A stretch of DNA of 64,000 nucleotides from Octopus sinensis. Its lineage: Eukaryota. Positions 14,553-27,731 of the stretch are shown piece after piece (within the stretch, counting starts at the first letter, position 1; every line of letters begins with the position of its first letter). A program made the translations under genes and the position numbers. The notes beneath the pieces were generated by a model. That model was not told the origin of the DNA. It did not search any database and was given only the letters and a program-made list of their open reading frames with translations. The DNA lies in the NCBI RefSeq assembly GCF_006345805.1, contig NC_043014.1:52390001-52454000 (forward strand). Direction: 5' to 3'.

Positions 14553-15729
14553 TTAAATTATAGCGTCATGTTGCCTATTTCCCGAAAGAAATTACTGGGT
14601 TTCATGCAGTTTGCAGTTGACTACAATGGTTAAAGCAAACGTCCAGTATAGGCAGAGTCGAACTGAAAGAAGTAAAGTGCTTTTGTTTTAAATGCCTTAG
14701 TAAGAGGAAAACGGTCAAAAAAGAAGTGAGAAATTACTCGTCATACCACTGATCTCGGCAGAAAGCAAGGAAAAGAATAAAAAAACGGAGAACTTAAATG
14801 AAGAGTGCCACAAAGCGCCAAACAATTCACCCACGCACAAACAGGAACGTATGTGACTCCAAGCAATTTCTGTCTACGGAAACACCTACGCAGAGAACTA
14901 ACGTAGCCAATGCTGCTGTAATAGATATTTACTGTCGGTGGTGAGTAGAAAAATAGAATCGGAAACTATAACTCTGAAAAACGAAGTACGTAACCAAACA
15001 GCCATGACCCCTTACTATGTCATTAATCATAAGCGCTTCTATTCATCAATTACTGATTATTATTTTTTAATAACGTTCCGTCTACTCCGTCATTGGCGAA
15101 AGACGGTTTCTGAATATTTATTTTGCTGCTGTAATTTAAAAGAAATGACTATTTGCGATTTTGGAAAATCTGTTTCTTTCAATGTATTCATTTCAAATAA
15201 GAAAATCGCCATTGTTGATTAGAGAGGCGAAAGAAAAAACAAATGTTTAAATCATTATGCAAACTCTTAATGTGTATCGGGTTAAACATTGAATCAACGG
15301 CAAATCACGAATTTAATTATATATTTCCAATATTAAAGATTATAGAAATATCAGATGTCAACAGAATCAAATGCATTGCAAGCCCAGTGGAATAGAATGC
15401 ACAATATCTAAATCCCTAGAAAACGAATGAAAAATTGATCCACAATAGAGCATTGGCGATCAAAGGGTTTGGATAATTTCACATGTATCAAACAATCTTG
15501 CAATGTTTTTGTTGGTGATGATGATGTTTACCGCCAGATAAACACTTTTGTAGTTGGCCACCATCAAAAGCTCTCCAACCACCAAAACACAATACCTTTC
15601 TTTATGTAATATTGGTTTCTAAAATTAATAGACAGGCACTTGTGCAAATAGTAAGAAAGAAGTATATCGACAAAGCTGTATTCGGAGAGATTTGAAATTT
15701 GATGGTGCAGAGCTGGTACAAATAATCCT

Positions 15730-16220
15730 TTCCGCTATAGGCACAAGGCTTGAAAGCTTAGGGAAGGAGGCTAGTCGACTTGATCGACACCAGCACTTGA
15801 CTCTTATTTTATTGCCCCCGGAAAGATAAAAAGTTAACTGCGGCTGAATTTTAAATCAGAACGTAAAGTTGGCCGAAATTCTGCTAAGTATTGTGTCCGG
15901 CGTGCTAGCGATTCAACCAACTCGGCGCCGGTAGTTCATGGTGACAATCTTATTTCAAGCTCTAAGCATTCATCCTATCCATCAAACATAATTTATAATT
16001 TAGGCACAAGGACAAACATGATTAGCAAGGGGTATATGTCGATTAAATTGACCTAAAGTACTTAACTTGAACGTGTTTATTGACCTTAGGATTGTTAACC
16101 CAAACTGTTGAGCTCAAGGTATAATTCACCTAAGCTCTACTTAATCTCAGAGCAAAAACAGTCAGGAAGACTGATGTAAACAACTTTGCCCGACGGTTAT
16201 ACATATCTCACAACTCATTG
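15730..16220 (-). mobile_element. Two diverged SINE M copies
   Basis: TAGGCACAAGG tail variant followed by a degenerate core and head. Confidence 0.55.
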
Positions 16221-16233
16221 TCCTGTTCTAAAT

Positions 16234-16267
<34 letters not shown>

Positions 16268-16767
16268 ATTATATATATATATATACATATATATACTAGA
16301 GGGTAAACGTTTTTATTTCTCTTTCCATTTCAGAATTACAACTATCAGTGGTTTGGAGTTTGGCTGCTCTTTCTAGTGAGTCGGATGTCCTATTATGACC
16401 GTCCTTTATATGTTTGAATGTATATTACATAGTCTATTGACTATTTTTTCTTTCTCTCTTGAACGCTGGTAGCGGAGAATTTTCTAGAATTTTTTGCTAC
16501 CCTAATATTTATTAATTATATATATATATATATTATATATATATATAATATATATATATTATGTGAAATAGAAAGATGGATAATCTTGTTGCAGATCAAT
16601 CAAAAGTTTAACCGATACCTTGGTAGCAAAAATCACAACAGAAGACAGCACGGTTGGAGGTACAACCATATGGTGTTGCAACCGTGCGTTGGTGCGGATA
16701 ATTGAATTTTAATATTATTAGTGAATTGAAGAAATGGAGTTGAACGAAGATTGAACAGAAATCGTTT

Positions 16768-16860
16768 TATTTCATTCTACACGTGTTTCGAAAGGCACAA
16801 TTTACCAAATTCCGATTGAATAATGAGACTATATTGTGTCTTTCTCTTCAGGAAGAAATA
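16768..16860 (-). ncRNA. Type I hammerhead ribozyme (intact consensus)
   Basis: Reverse complement of 17023-17115 with one change, which lies in the stem II loop region. Confidence 0.85.
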
Positions 16861-17022
16861 GGAAATCCGTTGGAAAAAACAAAAACAGAACAGAGGCGGA
16901 GCAAAACAAATCGAACGAGGCTCCTAAGAGCCTATGGCCAAACTGTTTATCAATGTATGTTGATTTGTTCGATTTGTTTTGCTCCGCCTCTGTTCTGTTT
17001 TTGTTTTTTCCAACGGATTTCC

Positions 17023-17115
17023 TATTTCTTCCTGAAGAGAAAGACACAATATGGTCTCATTATTCAATCGGAATTTGGTAAATTGTGCCTTTCGAAACAC
17101 GTGTAGAATGAAATA
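17023..17115 (+). ncRNA. Type I hammerhead ribozyme (intact consensus)
   Basis: UAUUUCUUC-CUGAAGA-GAAAGACACAAU...AUUGUGCCUUUC-GAAAC-ACGU-GUA^GAAUGAAAUA. Predicted cleavage after A17105. Stem III is the palindrome ACACGUGU. Confidence 0.85.
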
Positions 17116-17183
17116 AACGATTTCTGTTCAGTCTTCGTTCAACTCCATTTCTTCAATTCACTAATTATATATATATATATATC

Positions 17184-17235
<52 letters not shown>

Positions 17236-17384
17236 CATTCTCCATTTTCCCTCTTATTCCTTTCTGTCAAAGAGCGTGGGCTCGAAACGTAAAAGACTTT
17301 TCCATTTTACCTGAACGTCAAATTAATACACCTTGTTGTTCGTACACTTGTATTCGTCTTTTGTGTTTCTTTAAATTTGAACTA
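17236..17384 (+). mobile_element. Family H: short (TA)n-associated element with a variant HHR-like motif
   Basis: CTTTCTGTCAAAGAGCGTGGGCTCGAAACGTAAAAG at 17260-17295. Homologous to copies at 27227, 27498, 38681, 38838 and 51262. Confidence 0.7.
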
Positions 17385-17724
17385 TATACAGTACTATATA
17401 AATATAGAAACAGGTTTGATATGAAGTTTACGATACATCATTGTATATACGATAAAAAATATATCGTCGGTGCATCTCATAAGTATTAAATATTAAAATG
17501 ATTGTGTGAAGGGTTCCCTTATTGATAAATATTTTTCAGCTATTAACAAAGTCAAAGATGTAGCATAAACTTTCTGTATATAAAACTTAGTACAGTGTTC
17601 CAAAATTCACATATGTTGTAGAAATATATATTGAATTTTGCAAAGTGATTCTTTCAAAAATTAAAATTGTTTATATTATTTTTATTTACACAATGAAATA
17701 GATGTATTGAAATTTCATAATATA

Positions 17725-18421
17725 CAGCACACACACACCACACACACACACACAAATATACATGTATACATAAACACACACACATATATATATACATACA
17801 CACACACATATATATATATATACACACACACATATATATATATATACATACACACACACATATATAATATATATATATACATAACACACACACATATATA
17901 CACACATATATACACACATATATACACACATATATACACACACAACATATATACACACATATATACACACATATATACACACACAACATATATATATATA
18001 CACACACACCATATATATATATATAGATATATATATATACATACATAAACATATATATAATAATATATATATATATATACATACATAAACATATATATAT
18101 ATAGATATATATATATATACATACATAAACATATATATATACATATATATATACATACATAAACATATATATATATATACATAAACATATATATACATAC
18201 ATAAACATATATATATATATACATATATATATATACATACATAAACATATATATATATATACATATATATATATACACATACATAAACATATATATACAA
18301 ATATATATATACACACACACACATATATACAAATATATATATACACACACACACATATATACACACACATATATACACACATATATATACACACACACAC
18401 ATATACACACACACACACTAT

Positions 18422-18452
<31 letters not shown>

Positions 18453-18541
18453 TATATACACACACACATATACACACACACACACATACACACACACACA
18501 CATATATACACACACACACATATACACACACACACATATAT

Positions 18542-18574
<33 letters not shown>

Positions 18575-18597
18575 CATACATACACACACACACACAT

Positions 18598-18650
<53 letters not shown>

Positions 18651-18656
18651 CTATAT

Positions 18657-18747
<91 letters not shown>

Positions 18748-18792
18748 CACACACACACATATATACACACACACATATATACACACACATAT

Positions 18793-18824
<32 letters not shown>

Positions 18825-18971
18825 GCAGTTGAACACATATGCATAAACATACGTATTTTTATAACATATGCATAAACACTTTACTATATATACATATATA
18901 TATATATATTAGTTGTAGATAGATATGCATAAACATACGTGTTTTTATAATAGTGTACATAAACAATTTGC

Positions 18972-19013
<42 letters not shown>
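17725..19013. repeat. Compound (CA)n/(TA)n microsatellite
   Basis: Direct inspection. Confidence 0.95.
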
Positions 19014-19017
<4 letters not shown>

Positions 19018-20989
19018 GCAAGCACCTATTTCGGGGTCCAATTTATTGAATATTGTTTTGTTGATTAAGTCTCTCTATATAGCTGCATATCTTGGAAAGT
19101 TTACTCTATTGTGCTTCCCCTTTCACCTCCTTCCAAAGTTTTTCCCCTTATTCTTATCTCTTCCTCCTTGTTTTCCTTCGTTTGTAAAACCCAATTCTGA
19201 AATAAACATTGAATCCTAAAAAACAAAACTTTTTGTTAATGTTTTGATGTATTCATTGAAATATTTCATTGCTATTGGTGTATGATTTATAGCTGTTCTT
19301 TTCTCAATGGTATTTCGCGTATTCAGTTATCGTAAATTTGAAAATATAAGAAATATTAAAAAAGTTTAGAATAAAAATTCCCCAGTTGACTAAAGGGGAA
19401 GAGACAAATCCACAAAACAAAATCTTAGAAAGTTATAGAAATGTTTTATAAAATTTTACGATTTATATAGTTCTCGAAATATATTACCTAAATTAGACGG
19501 AATAAAATGGAAGCTATTACAGCAATATAACATATACTGAAAGTTATATATTTCCAAGAAAAGTATATTTTTATAAAAATAATATATAAATGTGAATATG
19601 CTTTGTTAAGCAGAAATTCTGCTCAAAGCAAACTATTTTCGAAAATGCAAAGGAAACATGTTTTTGTATATATTTGGTTTTCTATTTCTCAAGTATAGTA
19701 TTTGTAACGCATTCACCTTGAAACGAGTGAAATTGTTAAAGTTATTTGACTATTCTGTTATTCTAGTGTAGTGTTTTATTTCGTCTTAGATTGTTGAACG
19801 TATTCAGTAAGTAAAAATTTCTATAAAATATTCACTTATTAATTCATTTCAAAATAGAAACTTCTTTTCCTTCTTGATATTTCTTTCAGAAAGAAAAATA
19901 TATTTTTGAGAATATAACAAAATATTGATTAATTCTAACACTTTCTCATAAAGCTGACCATAAAACTGTACATTATATATATATATATATATGTGTATAT
20001 ATATCCTGTGATATAGTTAATTATTCATATATGTTATATACAGATATATGACTTCTATACAACTGATTTATATAATAGAGACTACAGTGTTGATACATGT
20101 GTGTTCAAGCCGCGCTAGAAAGAATACAAATGGAAAATGTTTGTGGACAAGTTTGGTTTTAAAGAATTATTTATTGAGAACGCTATAAAAGGATTTAAGA
20201 GATATTTCAGCTCATTTTTATTTTTTTTAATGTTTAATCTGAAATGCATCTGAACTATTGGTCATATGAAACACTATGAGAATGGTATAATCCTTGTCCT
20301 TGAGTCCCACCTTGGATATTTGAAAACAGTTCGAAGATAGTGGATTGGTTTATCGGAACACTGAAAACGTTAGCTCTTCACATAGTTAATCTTCTTTGGG
20401 GAAAATAATGAAGACGCTAAGACACATAGTGATATCAGCTTACATATATATTTAGAAGAATTCGTATTAATACGAATATAATTTTTGCGAGTTTTACGTG
20501 ATGGGTAATTATACGTATGTGAGGATCTTAATCAGTAAATTGCTTACCACTCTTAGTTTTGAAACAAAAGTTCCAGGATCAAATTTAATATGGCCGTATG
20601 TTAAAACTAGACATAAGATGTTATTAGACAAACCTCATGTCGATTGGAATCTATTGTAGATTTAACTAGATTGTGTTGCTATGAACGTGTCTAGCTATAA
20701 GAAAATTCTTAATCATAACGAATACTTTGTCACAAACGGTAGCAAGTTGTGGTCAAATGCGTGACACTCATATTTCACTGAAAAGTATCTTCTGTGAAGA
20801 TTTCAGCCAAACCTAATGCTACAGTTTAGCTAAACAATCGATAACCGTTCTACGCTTACTATATTTCTTCAGAAAAGTTGTCACTACAAAGTCGGAGGAA
20901 TCACTTGCCTCTGGTGCGTTAGGTTTCTGCATTTTATCAGCATTTGAAGTATCGTATCAGTTTTAGTTTATGATTACCTGATGCAATTT

Positions 20990-21292
20990 GTGTTTCGTTT
21001 CATGAAAAGATCTGGTACACCATCCTCTGTTGAACAGTTGTCGGGCAAGAATCGAACACATTACAACGACCGAGCAGGCAGGCACAGACAGACAGAGCTA
21101 TTTGCAACCTCAATGTCTGAATGGTCAGTGATATTCCACATAAGATTGGCACTGAGATTTGGCTGTATGCGTCTACCTGAGATTTTGCCACTACAGAGAA
21201 GGGGAGAAGTCGAAATCAAGAGTAAAGGCAGTTCGGCCTTCCACCCACGCACAGGAGGCTACACTCGTCTTCCATATATACAAATCTGCTAG
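20990..21292 (+). pseudogene. Highly decayed mariner transposase, N-terminal/linker region
   Basis: MSEWSVIFHIRLALRFGCMRLPEIL aligns by eye with mariner SxGSVxxILHxxLGxRKVCARWVPxxL. An upstream RTHYNDRAGR resembles the RSGRP motif. Confidence 0.4.
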
Positions 21293-22007
21293 CTGTTATG
21301 GACCATACGGCTACACGAAACCTCTTCTCTAGGTAACTAATGCATTACTTGGCACTAACAATACATCTGTTGTTAAGTTGGATATAAATCTTACTTGTTG
21401 ACATTAACACTGCTTCTGTCACTGATATACACACCATGAGAATGGTAAACGCCTTGGATATTTGAAAACAGTCCCAAGATTTCCATTTCTGACACTACTC
21501 CATAGTTCATGCATACTTTTGATCGTCATTGACCAACCACAGATATTTCCTCATCGACCTCCCTCCAGATTAACTATTTTCAAATACCAATCCCCTTGCT
21601 AATTCCTATGATTCGGCCAATATAGCCCCATTGAAAACTACCAGTCAAATGAACTTCCTTAAATTCCTCATCCTTCTCACACCCTTATGATTTTAGTCTT
21701 TTTAAAATTTTTTATCCCTAATTTCTCCCTATATTTATATTCTCCACTCTTACCGTTCTCTCGAAACATTCTGATTGATTCTGCCATGTGTCAACAAGTA
21801 CCTCCTTACAACACTGTCAACTTTCATTCAATCAAGAATACCATTCGCCTGACGTAAATTCCTGCAGTATACACCCCGCTTTGATTTTTACAACATCCGA
21901 CGTTCCGTTCGCTATAAAACATGTAACACGGATCTTATCTATTCCATTCCTCAACTCTTGCATGTGCGTGTATATATATATATATTATATATATATATAT
22001 ATATATA

Positions 22008-22363
<356 letters not shown>

Positions 22364-22899
22364 GTGAGATACCTGTTGTAAAATAAGCATTAATTTTACA
22401 TTTTTATTATACTGATTGTTTTATACAATAGTTGAATGCGTATGGATTTTTCCCCTTTTGAAATTACAATTTTGCCTCGTGATCCGTACTCTCTTGGTCT
22501 CTCTTTATCTACTTATCTTCTTTTAAGTTTATTGCAACATTATTTTGAGATGGAATAATTATTTTCGAAGAGGTCAAAATTTACATTAAATGATACCTTT
22601 CTTCTAAACCTAAAGAACTTTACTCCCAACTAATCAAAAATATAAAATGTCGATGGGAAAAAAAATCTCTTTTTGCTTAGATATTTGAATTAAGACCTAA
22701 GAAATATCTGTTTCCCATCCTGAAATCCCACAGAGCTAATGCGATTATTTTAAGTCTAAACTGAAGCAATAACAATGGTCGTAGTTAAGTCATTACTAAA
22801 CATTGCGGTCGTTTGTGGATATCTATGAAGAAATTTTCTCACCTTCCTAACGTTTTAACTAAAACTATTACACATGCGCCCTCCTTCACTCACGAAAAA

Positions 22900-24030
22900 T
22901 TCAGTTCTCATTGTATTGCACACGGACATGAACAATTTAATTACCATTTATATTTTTATACTTCAATATAGGATAGTGGAATTTCACCTTTCAATTTTTT
23001 TAGTAATCATAAACCCTCCAGCAATAATTATATATTTTTTCTTCCTCATCGTCTTGCATTGTAATGTCGGAGCATTTTCCAAGCGTCTATCCAGTAGCTC
23101 CGATTTGCCATATAGCAATATATTCTTCACGGAACATTCATTTGCTGAGATTCCGGTCTCCTATAACTGTGTTCGTTTTTAAATTTTTTTCTGACAGTTT
23201 TCCCAGTGTTGAGTTAAAATGTGTGTCCAATTCTGTCACGTTCTCGTCTGGGATTTTCAACGCATGCTGCGAATGTTACTAAAAACACATTTTAATTCTA
23301 GCTGTAGCGGCTTTTATTTTATTTTCGACAAGTAAGTTCCAATTGTAATTCTCAAGCATTCTGATGTACCAATTTGATTTTACTTCTCTACGTCTGCAAC
23401 TCTGAATTTATCCATCTAGTTCCTTGTTGCATGCCGTGTAGATGTCTTCTCACGTTCTTTCTATAAATATATATTCATACAAGCACACATACATACATAC
23501 ATTAATGAAAATATACACATACATATATACACATATGTATATAGACATATACATACATATATACACACATATATACATACATATATACACACATATATAC
23601 ACATATATACACATACATATGTACATATATATGTACATACATATACACATATATATGTACATACATATACACATATATATGTACATACATATACACATAT
23701 ATATGTACATACATATACACATATATATGTACATACATATACACATATATATGTACATACATATACACACATATACAACACATACACAACACATACTCAA
23801 CACATACACAACACATATACAACACATACACACACATATACAACATATATACAACACATACACACACATATACATACATCTATATATACATACATATATA
23901 TATACATACGCACATATATATGTATAGAAATCGCCTATCTTGCTTGGCAATAACTCAGATACCCAAAGATACCTTCTAGTTCGATCACCTATCCATGAGT
24001 AGAATGTTTGCAAATATTGAACAAAATATA
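22900..24030 (-). pseudogene. Decayed LINE AP-endonuclease remnant interrupted by a microsatellite (23465-23925)
   Basis: Minus frames give [11 protein letters not shown] (resembles DIIAIQETR) and TVIGDRNLSK (resembles IIGDFNAK), in the expected order. Confidence 0.35.
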
Positions 24031-24235
24031 TTCCAGCTAATTGCTGAAGGAGATCAACTATCTATCAACGGAAGTTGGCCACTTTGTTGATAACTGGGTA
24101 ACATTTACAAGTTAACAGATGATGAATAGCGAGGGCTAATTCACTTCAAGAAGATTCAACTTCTATGGCTCTCCCCATTTTTCTAAATCACGTGACTTCT
24201 ATCTGCCGTTAATTTCTCTACCATTTTCTAGTTCA

Positions 24236-24619
24236 TCTCTCTCTCTATATAAACGGCAGTTTGTCTGTGCGTGTTTCTGTGTGTTTGTTTGCTTGTACCC
24301 TCACCCTGACCACGGCTTTCAACCGATTCTGATGAAACTTGACACACACATAGCCCAATGTCATAATTCAAAACTAACGCAGCGAAAATTTTGAAAAGTT
24401 CCCCCAGTTCTGAAAAAAATCGATAAATTCGACATGGGGTCGAGAATCAGAAACACAAACCAAAAGCTGTCTAGGGGACGCAACTCCAATTTTTTTTAAC
24501 TCTCAAAAAAAATTTACCATTTTTTTCCTTTTTTTTGCTATTTTTTGGCTATAACTCTCTAAAACTGTTTTATAGTTATTTCCCTTACAAACTTGAGCAA
24601 CGCCGGGCGATACTGCTAG
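24236..24619 (+). mobile_element. Non-autonomous Helitron
   Basis: 5' TC, 3' CTAG, inserted between A24235 and T24620, GC-rich subterminal hairpin, no TSD. Confidence 0.85.
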
Positions 24620-25249
24620 TTCTTCTCTATTTCCCCTTAACTCTTTTATTCTGTAATTAGTTGTCTCCCTACAGTTTTCATAATAATGGACAGAACCGAA
24701 CGTTTGCCTATACATAATTCATTAGCTTTCGCTGAATTCAGCTTTTCTTATTTAATAAAGAATATCCAAAACAGACGTAGAGATTGAAACAATTCCACAT
24801 ATACTCAATATATTTACGTACGTTTATACATATGTAAAATCTAAGTGTATATGTATGCATATGTAGTATTTAATACGTACGCAAACATAATCCAAACAAA
24901 CGTGATTAAATAGTCATCAACTGTTAAAGACACACTGCAAGGCATATTATTAAAGCAGTAATATCTTTCCAATAACAAATTTTGATTAGTTTTCATTTTT
25001 TTTTTTTTTGTTGGTTTTCTCTAAAATCTAAATTGTGCAGGTGTTAGTCTATTCTTAAATATTCTCTTAATCATTTATACGGAAAAGAATAATTACTAAT
25101 AAATGCTACTAGAAATTAATATTCAAATAAATAATGCTTTAGGAATACAGAAGAGTTCGAATACGAAATCTTGTTTCCAACTCATTGACAATCCTAAATG
25201 TTATTAACCAGTCATTCTGCCTCAGCAACCATCCCTGTTTTATAAGAGA

Positions 25250-25623
25250 CTAGCAGTATCGCCCGGCGTTGCTCGGGTTTGTAAGGGAAATAACTATAAA
25301 GCATTTTTAGAGAGTTATAGCCAAAAAATGGAAAAAAAATTATGGTAAAATTATTTTTGAGAGTTAAAAAGGTGGAGTTGCGTCCCCTAGACAGTCTGTG
25401 GTTTGTGTTTCTGAATCTCGACCCCATGTCGAATTTATCGATTTTTTTCAGAACTGGGGGAACTTTTCAAAATTTTCGCTGCATTAGTTTTGAATTATGA
25501 CATTGGGCTATGTGTGTGTCAAGTTTCATCAGAATCGGTTGAAAGCCGTGGTCAGGGTGAGGGTACAACCTAACAGACACACAGAAACACACACAGACAA
25601 ACTGTCGTTTATATATAGAGAGA
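25250..25623 (-). mobile_element. Non-autonomous Helitron, same family
   Basis: Reverse complement of 24236-24619. TC...CTAG ends, A|T target site, hairpin CCCGAGCAACGCCGGG. Confidence 0.85.
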
Positions 25624-25877
25624 TTTGGTAAAAGACACGATAAAAAGACAATAGGTACATGTTTGACAACGCAAATTTATATTTCCAAAATAGGTTTTTG
25701 AGTTATTTGCAAAATTCTGGTAAAGAAGGCCAAGAGTTATCCAAAGGGAAGTTGGCTGCTATTTCCTATTACAAAATATTGAGTGGTGAATGATACGGTG
25801 CTGGCAATGAGTGAAAGAACTAAAGAGCTTGCAAGTTGGACTACGGGTGGTTTACTCAGGGCTAAATAGCCTAAATG

Positions 25878-26038
25878 CATTTACATCGACCCCAGTGCGT
25901 AACTGGTACTTATTTAATCGACCCCGAAAGGATGAAAGGCAAAGCCTACCTCGGCAGAATTTGAACTCAGAATGTAACAGCAGACGAAATAGCGCTATTT
26001 CGCCCGGCGTGCTGAAGATTCTACAAACTCGCCACCTT
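25878..26038 (-). mobile_element. SINE M, lacking its tail
   Basis: Core ATCGACCCCAGTGCGTAACTGGTACTTATTTAATCGACCCCGAAAGGATGAAAGGC. Confidence 0.8.
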
Positions 26039-26387
26039 TCTACTGTGAACTATAATAAAGAAAACACTGACATCAAACAACGTGTACCACACTATGTCAG
26101 CAACAAAGGATTGACACCACATATGTTCTACATAATCAATACCCAGGTATATGAGAGAACGGGTAAACCTTTGTATTCGACGCCTGACATAATATCAATA
26201 TTTTACAGAAATCACATTCTACATCGTTGGTTCTATTTAACGTAGAACACCACCACCCACACTGCATGTCGCCAATTATTACTCAACACGAAAACATGTT
26301 CTGCCAAGCACGCAGCCCATATGGAAAAGAAAATAACAGCACTCGCATTACAGACCCACATATTACGCATATACAACATAAAATATA

Positions 26388-26640
26388 TAATAAATGCGCG
26401 CTTTTAGAACCTAGCCAGGCTCATGGGCCCGGTTTCCCCGTTTCTGTGGCGTATGTGTTCCCCAGCTGGACAGGACACCAGTCCATCGCAGCGTTACTCA
26501 TTTTTGCCAGCTGAATGGACTGGAACAATGTGAAATGAAGTGTTTTGCTCAAGAAAACAACGCGTCGCCCGGTCCAGGAATCGAAACCACAATCTTACGA
26601 TCATGATGCTGAAACCCTAACCACTAAGCCACGCGCCTCC
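26388..26640 (-). mobile_element. SINE family C
   Basis: Close match to 13546-13813. 15-bp TSD ACAACAT(A/C)AAATATA at 26373-26387 and 26641-26655. Confidence 0.9.
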
Positions 26641-27183
26641 ACAACATCAAATATACAACATATATATCTATAAACGACAAATCAGACACGACAAAATTCA
26701 AATCTGAGATGCCACACAAACAGTGAACCTTTAAAAGGCCAAGGATAGAAGAATGGTTCACAACTGCTAGCGGTGCTGCAGTAAATAGCATAAACCTTGT
26801 CGAAAACAGGATGATGATAGAATATTAATTATTCTGCTTCAAACCAATCAAATTAATCAACTAATTGAATGGTTCAGATGACTGTATAACAAGGATATAT
26901 ATGTCTGTTTTGAGTATTGTGTCAATAGAAGACAGCTGTCAGTAATATTTGCATGTGTAGGTGATTGATGGAAAACTGATACAAAAACCCCGTTTCTTGC
27001 CATCCATTACGGCCAGAAAAAGTAACTGATGCATATTCCATACGTTAATTGGTCTATTAACAAATGAATTCTGGCTGAACAAAATCTCGCTAAAATATAC
27101 ATTGGGTGGGGCTGGGTGTAAAGTCATATCATTCACCACAATATAATTTACCATTTCTGGCTTTCTCTTCCCCTATCTCTGTG

Positions 27184-27226
<43 letters not shown>

Positions 27227-27227
<1 letters not shown>

Positions 27228-27463
27228 CGGGAAGCTTTATGAAAATAAACAAAAGACGAAGGCAGGTGGAATACAAACAAACAATTGTATTAGTATGGCG
27301 CTCAGGAATATAAATAAGACAAGTATTTTACGTTTCGAGCCTACGCTCTTCGACAGAAAGATACACAGAAAAGAAACACGGAGAGAAACAAGGAGAGAAA
27401 AAAATGCGTGCAGAAGCTAGCGAATCAACATGGCGATCTGATTTCGGCCAGAAGTCAAAATAT

Positions 27464-27497
<34 letters not shown>

Positions 27498-27731
27498 ACG
27501 GGAAGCTTTATGAAAATAAACAAAAGACGAAGGCAGGTGGAATACAAACAAACAATTGTATTAGTATGGCGCTCAGGAATATAAATAAGACAAGTATTTT
27601 ACGTTTCGAGCCTACGCTCTTCGACAGAAAGATACACAGAAAAGAAACACGGAGAGAAACAAGGAGAGAAAAAAATGCGTGCAGAAGCTAGCGAATCAAC
27701 ATGGCGATCTGATTTCGGCCAGAAGTCAAAA
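27227..27731 (-). mobile_element. Tandem dimer of family H (two apparently identical 234-bp units separated by TA repeats)
   Basis: 27227-27460 matches 27498-27731 (period 271). Each unit carries CUUU-CUGUCGA-A-GAGC(guag)GCUC-GAAAC-GUA. Confidence 0.8.

Larger units (their letters stand above)
16717..17165. mobile_element. Palindromic pair of PLE pseudo-LTR-like units
   Basis: Arms 16717-16916 and 16967-17165 differ by 2 substitutions and 1 indel. 50-bp spacer. The right arm ends in (TA)n. Each arm holds an HHR. Confidence 0.85.

Noticed and set aside
16783-17106. Overlapping ORFs on both strands
   Set aside because: A by-product of the palindrome with no recognisable domain.
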